Source: Promethearchaeota archaeon
GTDB lineage: Archaea; Asgardarchaeota; Lokiarchaeia; Sigyniarchaeales; SOKP01
Reading direction: 5' to 3'
Length of the DNA: 64,000 bases
Assembly: GCA_016839555.1 (NCBI GenBank)
Contig: JAEOUA010000003.1
Coordinates: 340,112-404,111, forward strand
A program made the position numbers and the translations under genes. The notes below the pieces were generated by a model. The model was not told the origin of the DNA and did no database searches. It saw nothing but the letters and a program-made list of their open reading frames with translations. This document shows positions 1 through 10,305 of the stretch, piece by piece; position 1 is the stretch's first letter; the number at the start of each line of letters is the position of its first letter.

Positions 1-1735
1 TAATAGGATTCACAAATCCATAACGTTCGAATTGAATTGTCTTTTTCATAGGAATTTCTAGTAAATTATGTTCACCATATCCCTCAGATATAAAGCCATC
101 AGGTTTTAATATTTTTACATGAATTTTACCATCATTTGGTACCCAATGTATTATAGGAAATTCCCTGTTTAATTCCTTGCTATGATATTGGGATTTGATT
201 AAATTTTGAGATGAATTTATAGAGATAATTTTTATATTAAATAAATCCTTTAAACGAATTAAATCATTACTTTTTCTCTCTTTAGCATCAGCTTCTGCTA
301 TATATACTATCAATTGATTATTATTTATATTGCACTCAATTTTTCTTCTTCCTTTCCCCGGATTTGTCGGTAAGAGCAGAGGCTCTGCAATTAATTTTTC
401 AAAGGGAACATCATCAATGATAAGCTTAATGGGATTTTCCACAAAAAAATATCTATGTGAACTCTCATCTATTAATGCTTGATTCTTAGCATAAAGCCAA
501 TTAACTGAAAATGTGATACCTGACATAGACATTCCGAGATCTAATAATGTTTCTCTTAAAGCTTCTGGTAGAATGCCTCTTTTTTTGAGAGATTGAAGGC
601 TCCAAGTCCGTGGATCATCCCATCCATCATATTCACCTTTTAATATTTTATTTCGAGTATTAGTTTTACTTAATTTCATATTTGGAAAATTTATTCTTCC
701 ATAATGAAGAAACTGCGCCTTTTTCCACTTAAAATGAGTCCAAATGAAATCTTCAATATAATCTTCTTTAATAAGATCAGTACCTCTTAAGATATGAGTT
801 ACTCCTATTAAATAATCGTCAATAGCCCAAGAAAATTCTAACATTGGCCAAACAGTATATCTCGTATATACTCGTGGATGTGATGCTTCTGAAATTCTCA
901 TAATGATTTGGTCTCTCAATGCAGGGTCTTTATGATCCATACCAGTTTTTAATCTAACTATAGCCTCAGTTTCATGATATTCTCTATTAAGCATTTTTTC
1001 CCACTCCTCTAAATTCTTTTCAACTGTATGATTTCGGTGGGGACATTGTTTTTTATGTTTAATATATTTTTCTTTAAACTCCTCTGCAGAGCAAGAACAC
1101 ACATATGCCATATTATCCTCAATTAGTTGTTTACAATATTTATAATAATATTGCAATCTATCGCTTTTATAATATACTTTTGAATATTTAACTCCCAACC
1201 ATTCCAAACCCTCCTTAATTAAATCATATGCTTCTGGGAGAACATATTTTGCTTTTTCTGGTTCCTGTTCTCTTAAAAGTTTAGAACTTCCAATAGTATC
1301 ATCGAAAAAAAGTATAAGTTTACCATTATATCTCTTCGTATATTGATCGTTAAGCACAACCATACGTGCATTCCCAATATGTAAGGCTCCACTGGGATAA
1401 GGAGCTAATCTCATTATAACTTTCTCATAATTATTAACATTAGGCAGTTCAGGAAGTTCTTTTTTTTCCTCTTGAGTTTCTTCCTCTTTAAATGCATCAG
1501 GGTCTAACTTTAATAATTTCTTTCTTTGCTCTTCTAATTCAAGCTTTGAGATTTTTTCCACTATTTTATCTAGAATAGGCATAATTTCCTTTGCATAAGG
1601 TCTTAAGTCTTTTCTCTTCCCCATTAATTTTCCCATTATCGCTTTTTTATTTGGATTCCCTTCAAATTCTACTGCATTTTTCAATCCATTTATCCAGAGT
1701 ATTTTTTCTATTTCTTTTATTTTGCTGTCGTCCAA
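1..1735 (-). CDS. gltX: Glutamyl-tRNA synthetase, archaeal type (3' end runs off the window)
   Basis: Hand-translated: TTG start at 1735 after GAGGA, giving LDDSKIKEIEKILWINGLKNAVEF. Contains MRLAPYPSGALHIGNARM (HIGH), THILRGTDL, MKLSKT and WDDPRTWSL, and ends TIQFERYGFVNP at the edge. Confidence 0.95.
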   Translation of the reverse strand, partial: MDDSKIKEIEKILWINGLKNAVEFEGNPNKKAIMGKLMGKRKDLRPYAKEIMPILDKIVEKISKLELEEQRKKLLKLDPDAFKEEETQEEKKELPELPNVNNYEKVIMRLAPYPSGALHIGNARMVVLNDQYTKRYNGKLILFFDDTIGSSKLLREQEPEKAKYVLPEAYDLIKEGLEWLGVKYSKVYYKSDRLQYYYKYCKQLIEDNMAYVCSCSAEEFKEKYIKHKKQCPHRNHTVEKNLEEWEKMLNREYHETEAIVRLKTGMDHKDPALRDQIIMRISEASHPRVYTRYTVWPMLEFSWAIDDYLIGVTHILRGTDLIKEDYIEDFIWTHFKWKKAQFLHYGRINFPNMKLSKTNTRNKILKGEYDGWDDPRTWSLQSLKKRGILPEALRETLLDLGMSMSGITFSVNWLYAKNQALIDESSHRYFFVENPIKLIIDDVPFEKLIAEPLLLPTNPGKGRRKIECNINNNQLIVYIAEADAKERKSNDLIRLKDLFNIKIISINSSQNLIKSQYHSKELNREFPIIHWVPNDGKIHVKILKPDGFISEGYGEHNLLEIPMKKTIQFERYGFVNPI

Positions 1736-1979
1736 TTGAAAATCCTCTTTAGATTTGTGATGAGGGTAAAAAATTATAAAATTATACTAAAAAAAATGTT
1801 TTGTATCAAAAAATCATTTTTATTCCTTAAATACTATAGAGATTCATAATATCTAATTGTTCTTGAAGCAAATTAAATTAAATGCTTTTTATATATTTAA
1901 ATACGGATTAAATAATGAATTAGAATTATTATATCATTAAAAAATAAAAAGAAAATTCTTCAAAATAAAAAAGGATGAT

Positions 1980-2267
1980 TTACATTTCAAAATCATCTTT
2001 AGTACCCATGAGGGTGGTTGTTTCCTCGATCCAATTTGATAATTCATCATCCGTCCTGCAGTAAGTCACTATCTTATCCAATTCATTCAAATTTGTAAAT
2101 GCACATTCCACAATTACATCCCAACCACCATATATCGCAGTTGCATAGGTTACCTTCCAATCCTCACCTTGTTCTTTTGAAGTTAACCCATTTAATTTTT
2201 CTACAACTTTCCATTCCTTACCTACTATTTTTAACCGTACTAAAATATATCCTCTATAATAGCCCAA
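1980..2267 (-). CDS. Stand-alone Lrp/AsnC ligand-binding (RAM) domain protein
   Basis: GYILV..GKE..VVEKL, IYGGWDVIVE, LDKIV and IEETTTL pattern; no HTH. Confidence 0.75.
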   Translation of the reverse strand: MGYYRGYILVRLKIVGKEWKVVEKLNGLTSKEQGEDWKVTYATAIYGGWDVIVECAFTNLNELDKIVTYCRTDDELSNWIEETTTLMGTKDDFEM

Positions 2268-2373
2268 GTATTACCACTTCTTTATATTTGTTTTATTTAT
2301 ATTTCTCGATAAATTTACATTATATAGAATATTATTTTGATTTTTAATATACCTTACCTAGATATTAGGGATA

Positions 2374-3000
2374 ATGATTACTAATTTAAAGAAAGCATTA
2401 GAAGCATATTTTTTTAAAGAGAGTAGATTAAATAAAGAATTAATTAATAGCTTGTCAAAAATCTTATATCATTGTTCCAAAAAGAAAAAAATTACTTTTG
2501 AAGAAATAAAAGTATTAAATGAAGGAGATATTACGGATCTTATATTTTTTATAAACGAAAAAAAATTATTAATCCCAAGAAAAACATTTAGTGGGACTAT
2601 GGAGTGGGACGATACATTTTTTTTAAATAATTCTAATGAAATTTATGAAATTCCTAATATTATAAAGCAGATGATAAGAGAAGCAATAAATTCGGGATTA
2701 TGGAACCCCGAAAAAGTAATCATAAAATTATTTAAAAAAATTGGAGAAAAAGACTATGAAAAGATGCCTACTCTAATTAAGACGTTATATCAGTATTCTA
2801 AGAATTATCAAATATATGGATCTCAAATTAAAAGTAAATGTGATGACATGCTTTTAGGTGATAAAGTAAATTCAATCATATCAGAACTAAAGGGAACAGG
2901 AATAATGAGTCCGAAATTAAGTAGTTCTTTTTTTCACTCTATTCAGCAGAAGTCCCCCATATATGAATTAAATCCCTCTATATTTAAAAAAGAAAAATAA
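2374..3000 (+). CDS. Hypothetical protein, possibly winged-helix-like
   Basis: 208-aa ORF; C-terminal IISELKGTGIMSP...IYELNP; ends 8 bp before the next gene. Confidence 0.6.
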   Translation: MITNLKKALEAYFFKESRLNKELINSLSKILYHCSKKKKITFEEIKVLNEGDITDLIFFINEKKLLIPRKTFSGTMEWDDTFFLNNSNEIYEIPNIIKQMIREAINSGLWNPEKVIIKLFKKIGEKDYEKMPTLIKTLYQYSKNYQIYGSQIKSKCDDMLLGDKVNSIISELKGTGIMSPKLSSSFFHSIQQKSPIYELNPSIFKKEK

Positions 3001-3008
3001 AAAAAATT

Positions 3009-4118
3009 ATGAAAGAAATAACGAAAGAAGAATATTATAATAAAGTCTATGGCTCATGGTTAGGCAGGATTTCGGGAGATTTTGTGGGATATCCTCTAGA
3101 ATTTCACCCTTATAAGTTCATTGTAAAAAAGTATGGAAATGATTTAGATTACTACCCTAAAGAGATTAACTTAGATTATGTAAATGATGATGAAATGTAT
3201 GAAATTGTGGCCTTAATCGCCTTTGAAAAATATGGTTTAGATTTAACTGCCAAAGAGATTTCTCAAGAGTGGTTAAATCTACTATATAAAAAGAATTTTA
3301 CAGCGGAAGCAATTGCTCTCAAAAATTTAAGAAAAGGGATTTGGCCGCCAGAATCGGCCACTTATAATAATATCTGGTATGATGCGATTGGAGCTCAGAT
3401 GCGAGCAGATATTTTCGGACAAATAGCTCCGGGTTGTCCAGATATTGCAAAATATTATGCAGAAATTGATGGTTCCATCTCACATTCGGGAATTGGCATT
3501 GAGGGCGAAGTTTATATCGCCGTTATGCTCTCTAATGCGTTCTTTGAAACAGACATTCGTAAAAATATTCATTATTCTCTTAATTATATCCTCTCTGCTA
3601 CGGAAAGTATTTATGCTGAAATGATACTCAAGGCAATCGACATCTATGAAAAGAATGAGGATAATTTTCGAGACGCAAGGGATGAATTGATAAACTATTG
3701 GCATTATATTAGAAAGAAAAAGATAAAATCAAAAGATAGATTCATGGGGAAACGCAGAGTCAAATTTCTGAATAAATACATTTCCGCTGTACATGTACTT
3801 CCTAATATTGGAATCATTATTCTTTCGCTTCTTTATGGCGCTGAAAATGAAAAAGATACCCTTGGAAAGTCAATTTGTACCGCAGCGATGATGGGACTTG
3901 ATACTGATTGTAATTGTGGAAATATTGGCGCAATTATTGGTGCACAACTTGGAGCAGATAAAATTCCCTCAAAATGGAAAGCGCCCTTAAGAAATAGTTT
4001 TTCAACGTATGTGAAAGGCTATGAAAAATGGAAAATAACCGATTTGGCAAAAAGAATATGGAATATGGGACTTAAAGTGGTGGAACAAAAGGGAAAAAAC
4101 TGCGTTAGGATCAATTAA
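3009..4118 (+). CDS. ADP-ribosylglycohydrolase (DraG/ARH) family protein
   Basis: GSWLGRISGD.VGYPLE, NDD, IGAQMRAD, ISH and GLDTDCNCGNIGAIIGA motifs. Confidence 0.9.
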   Translation: MKEITKEEYYNKVYGSWLGRISGDFVGYPLEFHPYKFIVKKYGNDLDYYPKEINLDYVNDDEMYEIVALIAFEKYGLDLTAKEISQEWLNLLYKKNFTAEAIALKNLRKGIWPPESATYNNIWYDAIGAQMRADIFGQIAPGCPDIAKYYAEIDGSISHSGIGIEGEVYIAVMLSNAFFETDIRKNIHYSLNYILSATESIYAEMILKAIDIYEKNEDNFRDARDELINYWHYIRKKKIKSKDRFMGKRRVKFLNKYISAVHVLPNIGIIILSLLYGAENEKDTLGKSICTAAMMGLDTDCNCGNIGAIIGAQLGADKIPSKWKAPLRNSFSTYVKGYEKWKITDLAKRIWNMGLKVVEQKGKNCVRIN

Positions 4119-4202
4119 AAGAAATATTCTAATATGAAAAATTTAAAAATATTCTGATTTAATAATAGATTTAATAGTTAGTGAGCGTTTTTTTAATATA
4201 AG

Positions 4203-4856
4203 TTAAGCTTTTATTATTTTTTTTATATCCTTAAAATTTATTTTTGATAAATCTTCTAAAATTAAATCCGCATTCTTAAGTTCATCTTTTTTATGAGTGG
4301 TTGTTAGAGCGATTGTTTTCATACCCGCACTTTTGGCAGCTTCAATACCAACGGGAGCATCTTCAATAACGACGCATCTCTCTGAAATTAGCTGAAAATA
4401 ATTTTTTATTTTTTTAAATACTTCTGGATCTGGTTTTCCTTTCTGAACATCATCGCCTGTTATAATGAAATCAAAATATTTTTTTATTTTTAAACTATTT
4501 AATAAAAGATCAACATTTTCAGGTGGCCCGCTTGATCCGACAGCTAGTTTAAAGTTATTCTTTTTTAAATCTTTAATAAGGGAAATTACTCCAGGGAGGG
4601 GTTTTATTTTGTCTTTTACCATCTCGCGGTAATATTTTTCTTTTAAATCGGCCCATTCTTTAATTTTTGATTCTTCAGTATTTTTTCCAACCAATTTCCT
4701 CGTAATCGGAACGCTTTTTTGACCGAATGACTTCTCAAAGAACTCTTTTGTAAATTCTACTCCAATCTTTTTGGCAAGCTTCTTCCAACTAGCAAAATGA
4801 ATAGGACCTGTGTCAGCAAGTACCCCATCCATATCAAATATTACGCATTCAGACAT
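4203..4856 (-). CDS. HAD-family phosphatase (beta-phosphoglucomutase-like)
   Basis: FDMDGVLADT, GKPDPEVF, IEDAPVGIEAAKSAGM. Confidence 0.9.
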   Translation of the reverse strand: MSECVIFDMDGVLADTGPIHFASWKKLAKKIGVEFTKEFFEKSFGQKSVPITRKLVGKNTEESKIKEWADLKEKYYREMVKDKIKPLPGVISLIKDLKKNNFKLAVGSSGPPENVDLLLNSLKIKKYFDFIITGDDVQKGKPDPEVFKKIKNYFQLISERCVVIEDAPVGIEAAKSAGMKTIALTTTHKKDELKNADLILEDLSKINFKDIKKIIKA

Positions 4857-4943
4857 AATTTTAACAACTATATTTAATTATTCTCAATTATCTGTAAATA
4901 AAATATTTTAAGAATTGATCATAAAGAATAATTATTAATATAT

Positions 4944-5052
4944 GACCCTGTGGTCCAGTTGGATAGGGCGCTGGCTTGCGGATTGCGAGGGATTATGTCC
5001 CCCTCGTTTAGCAGAAAGCCAGAAATCGGGGGTTCAAGTCCCTCCAGGGTCG
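4944..5052 (+). tRNA. tRNA-Arg(GCG) with a 35-nt intron at 37/38 (4982-5016)
   Basis: Acceptor stem GACCCTG/CAGGGTC plus G; anticodon stem CTGGC/GCCAG; GCG at 4978-4980; T-arm GGGGGTTCAAGTCCCTC; BHB with a TTGC/GCAG helix and GGA and AAA bulges. Confidence 0.93.
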
Positions 5053-5316
5053 CTTTATCCTATTCTTAATTTTTAAATTAATTTTTATTTATTATTGAAT
5101 ATATTATTAATTTAAATAGATAATTACAAAACTAAATAAAATCCTAGAATAAGCTTAAATATATGATTTTCTTTAAAAAACATGAGAGCGTTCTATAAAA
5201 GATATAAAGAAAACTTTAAGAGATGAATTATAATTAGTTTAATAGAGAGGATCAAAAAGAATTGGTTTTGGATTTGTGTTATTGAACTTATTATCTTTAT
5301 TCCTTTTAATTGGATT

Positions 5317-5838
5317 TTGTTTTTTTTGGATATTCTCCCTCTAAATGCGGCGATTATGACCCTCTTTTTTCCTTTAGTATTAGTAGTCCCATATTACCTG
5401 GAAAAACAAGAGCATCAAAAATATGTCACTAAACTAACTAAATTAGTATATCTTCTTGGGGGTATTTTTGTTATTGGAGGAATAATTTGGTTTGCTATTA
5501 TGTTTATTTTAAGGATAATTAATATTTTGGATACAGAGGCAAAGGGGTTTAATTTATGGTTTATATTTTCTATTATATTTTCATATGGATTAGGTGCATT
5601 TATATCATATCTGATAGGGAAAAAAAGAAATTGGAGACCTCCAAAAAGGTTTGTCGTGGAGATCAGTGGTCAATTTAAAGATGAAACAGAAGATAAAATT
5701 TTAATAAAAATCTCATCAGACCAAGAAATGTGGATTCAAAAATTAAATGTATATTCTAAATATAAGAAAGAGGAAAATATCACTCAAACTTTTCTAATTA
5801 ATATTTGGGAGCTTACTAAAGAAAATACCAATAGCTAA
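5317..5838 (+). CDS. Membrane protein with a small C-terminal soluble domain (start uncertain)
   Basis: Three hydrophobic segments. The frame stays open upstream to 5227 and encodes a further hydrophobic helix. Confidence 0.6.
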   Translation: MFFLDILPLNAAIMTLFFPLVLVVPYYLEKQEHQKYVTKLTKLVYLLGGIFVIGGIIWFAIMFILRIINILDTEAKGFNLWFIFSIIFSYGLGAFISYLIGKKRNWRPPKRFVVEISGQFKDETEDKILIKISSDQEMWIQKLNVYSKYKKEENITQTFLINIWELTKENTNS

Positions 5839-5915
5839 AATTTAATAAATTTCTAAAAAAACTAGATAAGTAAATACAGTGATCTTATTTTTCTGCTTAA
5901 TTCTGTGTTTTAAAT

Positions 5916-6689
5916 CTATATGATATTTAAAATTTCGGATATTTCTTGTATTTTGTTTATATTCTGTAAAGGGATTTCCTTTTCATAGGGGAATTTATAT
6001 TTTCTTTCAAAAAGAAGTATCTGAAGTCCTGCACGATGCGCCCCCATAATATCGGCATATTCATCACCGCACATTATAATATTTTTTTTATCTTGTTCTT
6101 TAAATCCCATTTTCTCGACTGTGTAATTGAATATTTCAATATGAGGTTTTCTTTTTCCGAATAAAGCTGATGTAATAACCATATCAAAATATTGTAATAA
6201 TTTATGCTTTTGGACTAAATTTTTGATAGTGTCGTGATGCGGATGATTAGATAAAAGAGCCAGCTTTAAATCCGGAATTTTAGATAATTCTTTTAAAGTG
6301 GTTGCTGTTTTTTGGAAAGGAACCCACTCTTCTGCTTCGCATGAATGATATATGGTCGTGAGTTCATCAAGCAGAATTTCATCAATTTCTTCAATATTCA
6401 TATATTCAAATACTTGTTTAAAAATTAACGATGTAGGATATTCCTCATTGGTTTTCATACTATCTCGAAAATAGCGTGTTCTTAGTGTATTAAACTTGTT
6501 CATGAACTTTTGAGTTTCAGATGTTTGCTTTAATATTCCCATTCCATTCAAAACTTCAACTGCTTTTTTGAGACCTATTTTATAGCAATTTAAATATTTT
6601 TCAAGGGAAACATCATTAAAATAAAATAAGGTGAAGCCAAAATCAAAAATGATTCCTCTGATCATTCCAATAATATTAAGGATTTTCAA
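5916..6689 (-). CDS. HAD-family hydrolase (likely start ATG 6665)
   Basis: IIFDFGFTL, LLSN, RKPH and GDEYADIMGA motifs. Confidence 0.85.
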   Translation of the reverse strand: MKILNIIGMIRGIIFDFGFTLFYFNDVSLEKYLNCYKIGLKKAVEVLNGMGILKQTSETQKFMNKFNTLRTRYFRDSMKTNEEYPTSLIFKQVFEYMNIEEIDEILLDELTTIYHSCEAEEWVPFQKTATTLKELSKIPDLKLALLSNHPHHDTIKNLVQKHKLLQYFDMVITSALFGKRKPHIEIFNYTVEKMGFKEQDKKNIIMCGDEYADIMGAHRAGLQILLFERKYKFPYEKEIPLQNINKIQEISEILNII

Positions 6690-6868
6690 TAATTTTAATC
6701 TTTCTTAATCAGTAAATAATTCACCCCTATAAATATAATAAAAAATAAAATTCTTAATTTATTAAAAGAGAGAATTTTAGTAAGAAAATGATAAATTAAG
6801 GAGTATTAAAATAATACTTGAATTGACAGAAATTTTTTTATTAAAAATAACAAAATTATCTATTTATT

Positions 6869-7402
6869 ATGACCATAGAGAAATGGCTTTCAGAAAATAA
6901 AAATTGGCAAGAAAATCAGAAAAGGAGGAAGGAAGAACAAGAACGAGAAAAAATTCAACTCAGAAAAACAATAATCAACGATTTAGTGGAAAAAAAGCAA
7001 AGAAAATCTTCTCAAAAAGCAAGGGACTCTAAAAAGAAGGATTATTTTCTAAGAAAAATCACTGAGTTTAAAAACTGGTTAAACGCCCGAACCTATCTTC
7101 AAGGAGATAAACCTAAAATTGAGACTTGGATCTCCAATCTATATCGAATTTTAGAAGAGCAACAAAAATCAAATCTGATAAAGGATAAAAATGAGAATAA
7201 AGATAAGTTAATAGAGAAATTTCGCAAAATTCATCCGCGATTTTTGGATGAAAAAACCCGTATAGCAATTATTAAAAAGCTCCAGGGTAAAGATCTAACA
7301 AGCTCCGATCAATATTATTTAAGGAAACTTAAAAAACAAATTGAACAAAAATTAAAAGATTTGTATAATTATCAATTGTTAAGAGATATCTTAGAGATAT
7401 AA
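6869..7402 (+). CDS. Hypothetical basic helical protein
   Basis: 177-aa Lys/Glu-rich ORF with an ATG start. Confidence 0.6.
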   Translation: MTIEKWLSENKNWQENQKRRKEEQEREKIQLRKTIINDLVEKKQRKSSQKARDSKKKDYFLRKITEFKNWLNARTYLQGDKPKIETWISNLYRILEEQQKSNLIKDKNENKDKLIEKFRKIHPRFLDEKTRIAIIKKLQGKDLTSSDQYYLRKLKKQIEQKLKDLYNYQLLRDILEI

Positions 7403-7441
7403 AATAATAAAATTAAGAGAAACAATAAATAAAGAAAATTT

Positions 7442-8548
7442 ATGCATATCATATTTCCTATAGCGGGGGTTGGTTCTCGGCTTCAACCCTTTACCTTTTC
7501 AAAACCGAAAGCATTTATAAAAATTGCGGGAAAAAGATTAATTGATCATATTCTTATTAAATTAAAGAAAAATTTTCCTGAAGGTACAAATATTCTTTTT
7601 ATAGTAGGATATATGAAGCGCCAAATAACGGATTATCTACGAAAAAATTATTCCGATTATTTTAATATACAATTTCAGGAGCAGAAGCCTTTAGGATATC
7701 AAGATGAAACCCCATATTTCTCAGGGCTGGGCGATGCAATTTTGCTAGCAAAAGAGAGTGTTAAGGACGATGATATTTTTATCTGTTTAAGCGACAGATT
7801 ACCAATAAATGATTATTCTTCACTTTTAATCAATTATCATCAACAAAAATGTGATGGAATGATTAACACTAAGAAGGTTGATAATCCGCAATTTTATGGA
7901 GTAACAATAGTAGATAAACAAGGATTTCTTAAGGATATAGTTGAAAAACCTAAAGATTTTATTTCAGACTTAGCAGTGTCAGGAGCCTATATTTTTAGCA
8001 AAAAAGTCACATTACGACTGTTTCAACTTCTTGAGGAACAGAGTAAAATCGAATTAGAAAACGGACAAGAACATCAATTTACTCCTATAATTAAGAAATT
8101 ATTGGAAGAGGGAAAAAAAATAAAAATAAACGAAATGAAATCAGAAATCTTAGATTTTGGCAGACCAGAAACACTTTTAGAAGGAAATAGATACCTTTTA
8201 TCTGAGACTAAGATTGAAAATCCCTTATATGAACATTTAATTCAATCAGATAATATCATTGACTCTAAGATTATTCCTCCTGTTTTTATTGGTAAAGATG
8301 TTAAAATTAAAGATTCTATTATTGGTCCTAATGTTTCAATAGGAAACAATACAAAAATTGTTAAAAGTATTTTATCTGAGTTTGTGATTGGTGATGGAAG
8401 TCATCTCGAAAAGATCATTTCAAGCAATAGCATTCTTGGAGATTACGTTACTTTACAGGATTTGATTAAAAATGGTATAACTATTGGGGATTCAACATTT
8501 ATCCATACCACAATCACCAGAGAAACATATAATAATTCTCACATCTAA
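7442..8548 (+). CDS. Sugar-phosphate nucleotidyltransferase (glucose-1-phosphate thymidylyltransferase-like) with C-terminal hexapeptide repeats
   Basis: AGVGSRLQPFTFSKPK, GLGDAI, VEKP, DFGRPETLL and IIPPVFIG/IIGPNVSIG left-handed beta-helix repeats. Confidence 0.88.
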   Translation: MHIIFPIAGVGSRLQPFTFSKPKAFIKIAGKRLIDHILIKLKKNFPEGTNILFIVGYMKRQITDYLRKNYSDYFNIQFQEQKPLGYQDETPYFSGLGDAILLAKESVKDDDIFICLSDRLPINDYSSLLINYHQQKCDGMINTKKVDNPQFYGVTIVDKQGFLKDIVEKPKDFISDLAVSGAYIFSKKVTLRLFQLLEEQSKIELENGQEHQFTPIIKKLLEEGKKIKINEMKSEILDFGRPETLLEGNRYLLSETKIENPLYEHLIQSDNIIDSKIIPPVFIGKDVKIKDSIIGPNVSIGNNTKIVKSILSEFVIGDGSHLEKIISSNSILGDYVTLQDLIKNGITIGDSTFIHTTITRETYNNSHI

Positions 8549-8582
8549 TTTTAACACTCACGCAGAGCTTTGTTCTTAAAGT

Positions 8583-8608
8583 TTTTTAACAAAGAAATTT
8601 GTTAAAAA
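8583..8608. terminator. 11-bp hairpin between convergent genes (possible terminator or processing element)
   Basis: TTTTTAACAAA-GAAA-TTTGTTAAAAA perfect inverted repeat. Confidence 0.4.
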
Positions 8609-8635
8609 GAGATTAATTGGTCCTAATAAATAGTA

Positions 8636-9880
8636 TTAATAAAATAAATTCTTTATATGTCTTTCATAAATGTTAAACATCACATGTTCAGAAACTATGC
8701 GTTCATTTCTTATTAATGCATCTATGAAGTTCTCCCCCATTTCCGCAGCAATTTTATAGGCAATGTGAAGTAATTGTCGGAAGTGTGGATTGAACTTTTT
8801 ATTATTTGAATCATGCTGTAATGTATTAACATATTCCTCACTCGTCCACTTGTTTACAGAATTTGGTGTTGGTAATTTTTCTCTATCTATACTAATTACT
8901 TCCGTATATGGTTTGCATAATTCATCATAGCGTTTATATGCTTTATAGTAGATTTCTTTTACTATGCTCAAACCATCATTTCCAGCTAATGCTAATCCTA
9001 TTAATTCTTCAAGCCAAGTAGTACCTGCTGTTTTTAGATGAACTCCAGTATTGAAATTTTTAATTGCTTTATTTATTGGCTCATAGAGGGAAAATTTATC
9101 GCTTCCTGAATGTATACTTAATTTTAAATTATTAGGTAATGAGAATTCTTTTATAGCAAATTTAATAATAGCTAAATCATTTTCAAATTGCTTTGTAAAT
9201 TGATTAATATTTCCAATGTAATCTATTCCTTTGATAAATGAGCCAATAAATTTTGGAGCTATAGTTTGTATAGGAATTTTTAGTTCTGCCGTGGCAAAGA
9301 GGATAAAAAATATTTCTAAGGGACTCTGAGGGCTATCCGTTTCATCCATTGAAATTTCTGTGATAAAATTATTTTCTCCCTTACCATTTTCAATTTTGCG
9401 ATATATTTTACCCGCTTCTTTTACAGCAAGGAAATATTTTTCAGCAATGAGACAGATTTGTTCCTTGCTGATCTGAAGGGGGGTAGGAATGTTTGGAATT
9501 TTTAATTCTCCCATATAAGCCTTGCATTTTTCTATAAACAAATTAAGTTCTTTTTTTGGAGCTTTTTTTCCAATAAATTCTGCCACATCAAGCGTGAAAT
9601 AATTACTGTATTCCATAAATCGATCGACAGTTGAATATCCAATATGATCTGCATCAATAAAGTATTCGCCATCATAATTTAATTCATTTGCCGCATTTTT
9701 GGCTTCAATAAAAACATCTTGTGGTTTTGTATTAATTATGGAATGTTCCCTATTAGATTTATTCCATACAATTGCTAGTTTAATTCCATCTTGTCTTGCT
9801 TTGATTACTGCACTAAGGAGGGCTTTTCCTTGCTGACCAAAGCGATCTCCCGTGCCAATACTATATATTGGTAATTTCAT
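8636..9880 (-). CDS. uxaE: Tagaturonate/fructuronate epimerase
   Basis: SIGTGDRFG, IDADH, EISMDE, APKF.G.F.KGIDY.G, LSIHSGSDKFSLY and HLKTAGTTWLEE. Confidence 0.9.
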   Translation of the reverse strand: MKLPIYSIGTGDRFGQQGKALLSAVIKARQDGIKLAIVWNKSNREHSIINTKPQDVFIEAKNAANELNYDGEYFIDADHIGYSTVDRFMEYSNYFTLDVAEFIGKKAPKKELNLFIEKCKAYMGELKIPNIPTPLQISKEQICLIAEKYFLAVKEAGKIYRKIENGKGENNFITEISMDETDSPQSPLEIFFILFATAELKIPIQTIAPKFIGSFIKGIDYIGNINQFTKQFENDLAIIKFAIKEFSLPNNLKLSIHSGSDKFSLYEPINKAIKNFNTGVHLKTAGTTWLEELIGLALAGNDGLSIVKEIYYKAYKRYDELCKPYTEVISIDREKLPTPNSVNKWTSEEYVNTLQHDSNNKKFNPHFRQLLHIAYKIAAEMGENFIDALIRNERIVSEHVMFNIYERHIKNLFY

Positions 9881-10012
9881 GTTAAATACTAATTATTTTA
9901 AGATTTTTTTCAAAATTATAAGATCCCTAATTAAATTATATTTTAATCTCTATTTGATTTTCTTATAGTTTTTCTTTATAAAAGCAACAATTTTAGTGCT
10001 TCTTATAAAAAA

Positions 10013-10204
10013 TCAAAAATTAAATTTATAGATATTTCTTGGCTCTTTATATGTACTGATTTGATAATTACAATCAGGAGAAGTACATACCCATACAGGA
10101 GGGCTCCCTCCTACCACTGGAAAAAATATTAAATATCCTTTTCCACAAACTGGGCAGGGTGGAGAAGCGGTGTAGATATTTTCATTATTAGACATTTTAA
10201 TCAA
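10013..10204 (-). CDS. Small zinc-ribbon protein
   Basis: CPVCG...WVCTSPDC. Confidence 0.65.
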   Translation of the reverse strand: MIKMSNNENIYTASPPCPVCGKGYLIFFPVVGGSPPVWVCTSPDCNYQISTYKEPRNIYKFNF

Positions 10205-10305
10205 GTTTTACATATTGATTGAGTTTTAAAAATTTAATCCAATATAACTGTAATATAAAAATAGAGTATTACTTATTGATAAAATTATAAAGAAATATAA
10301 AAAAA

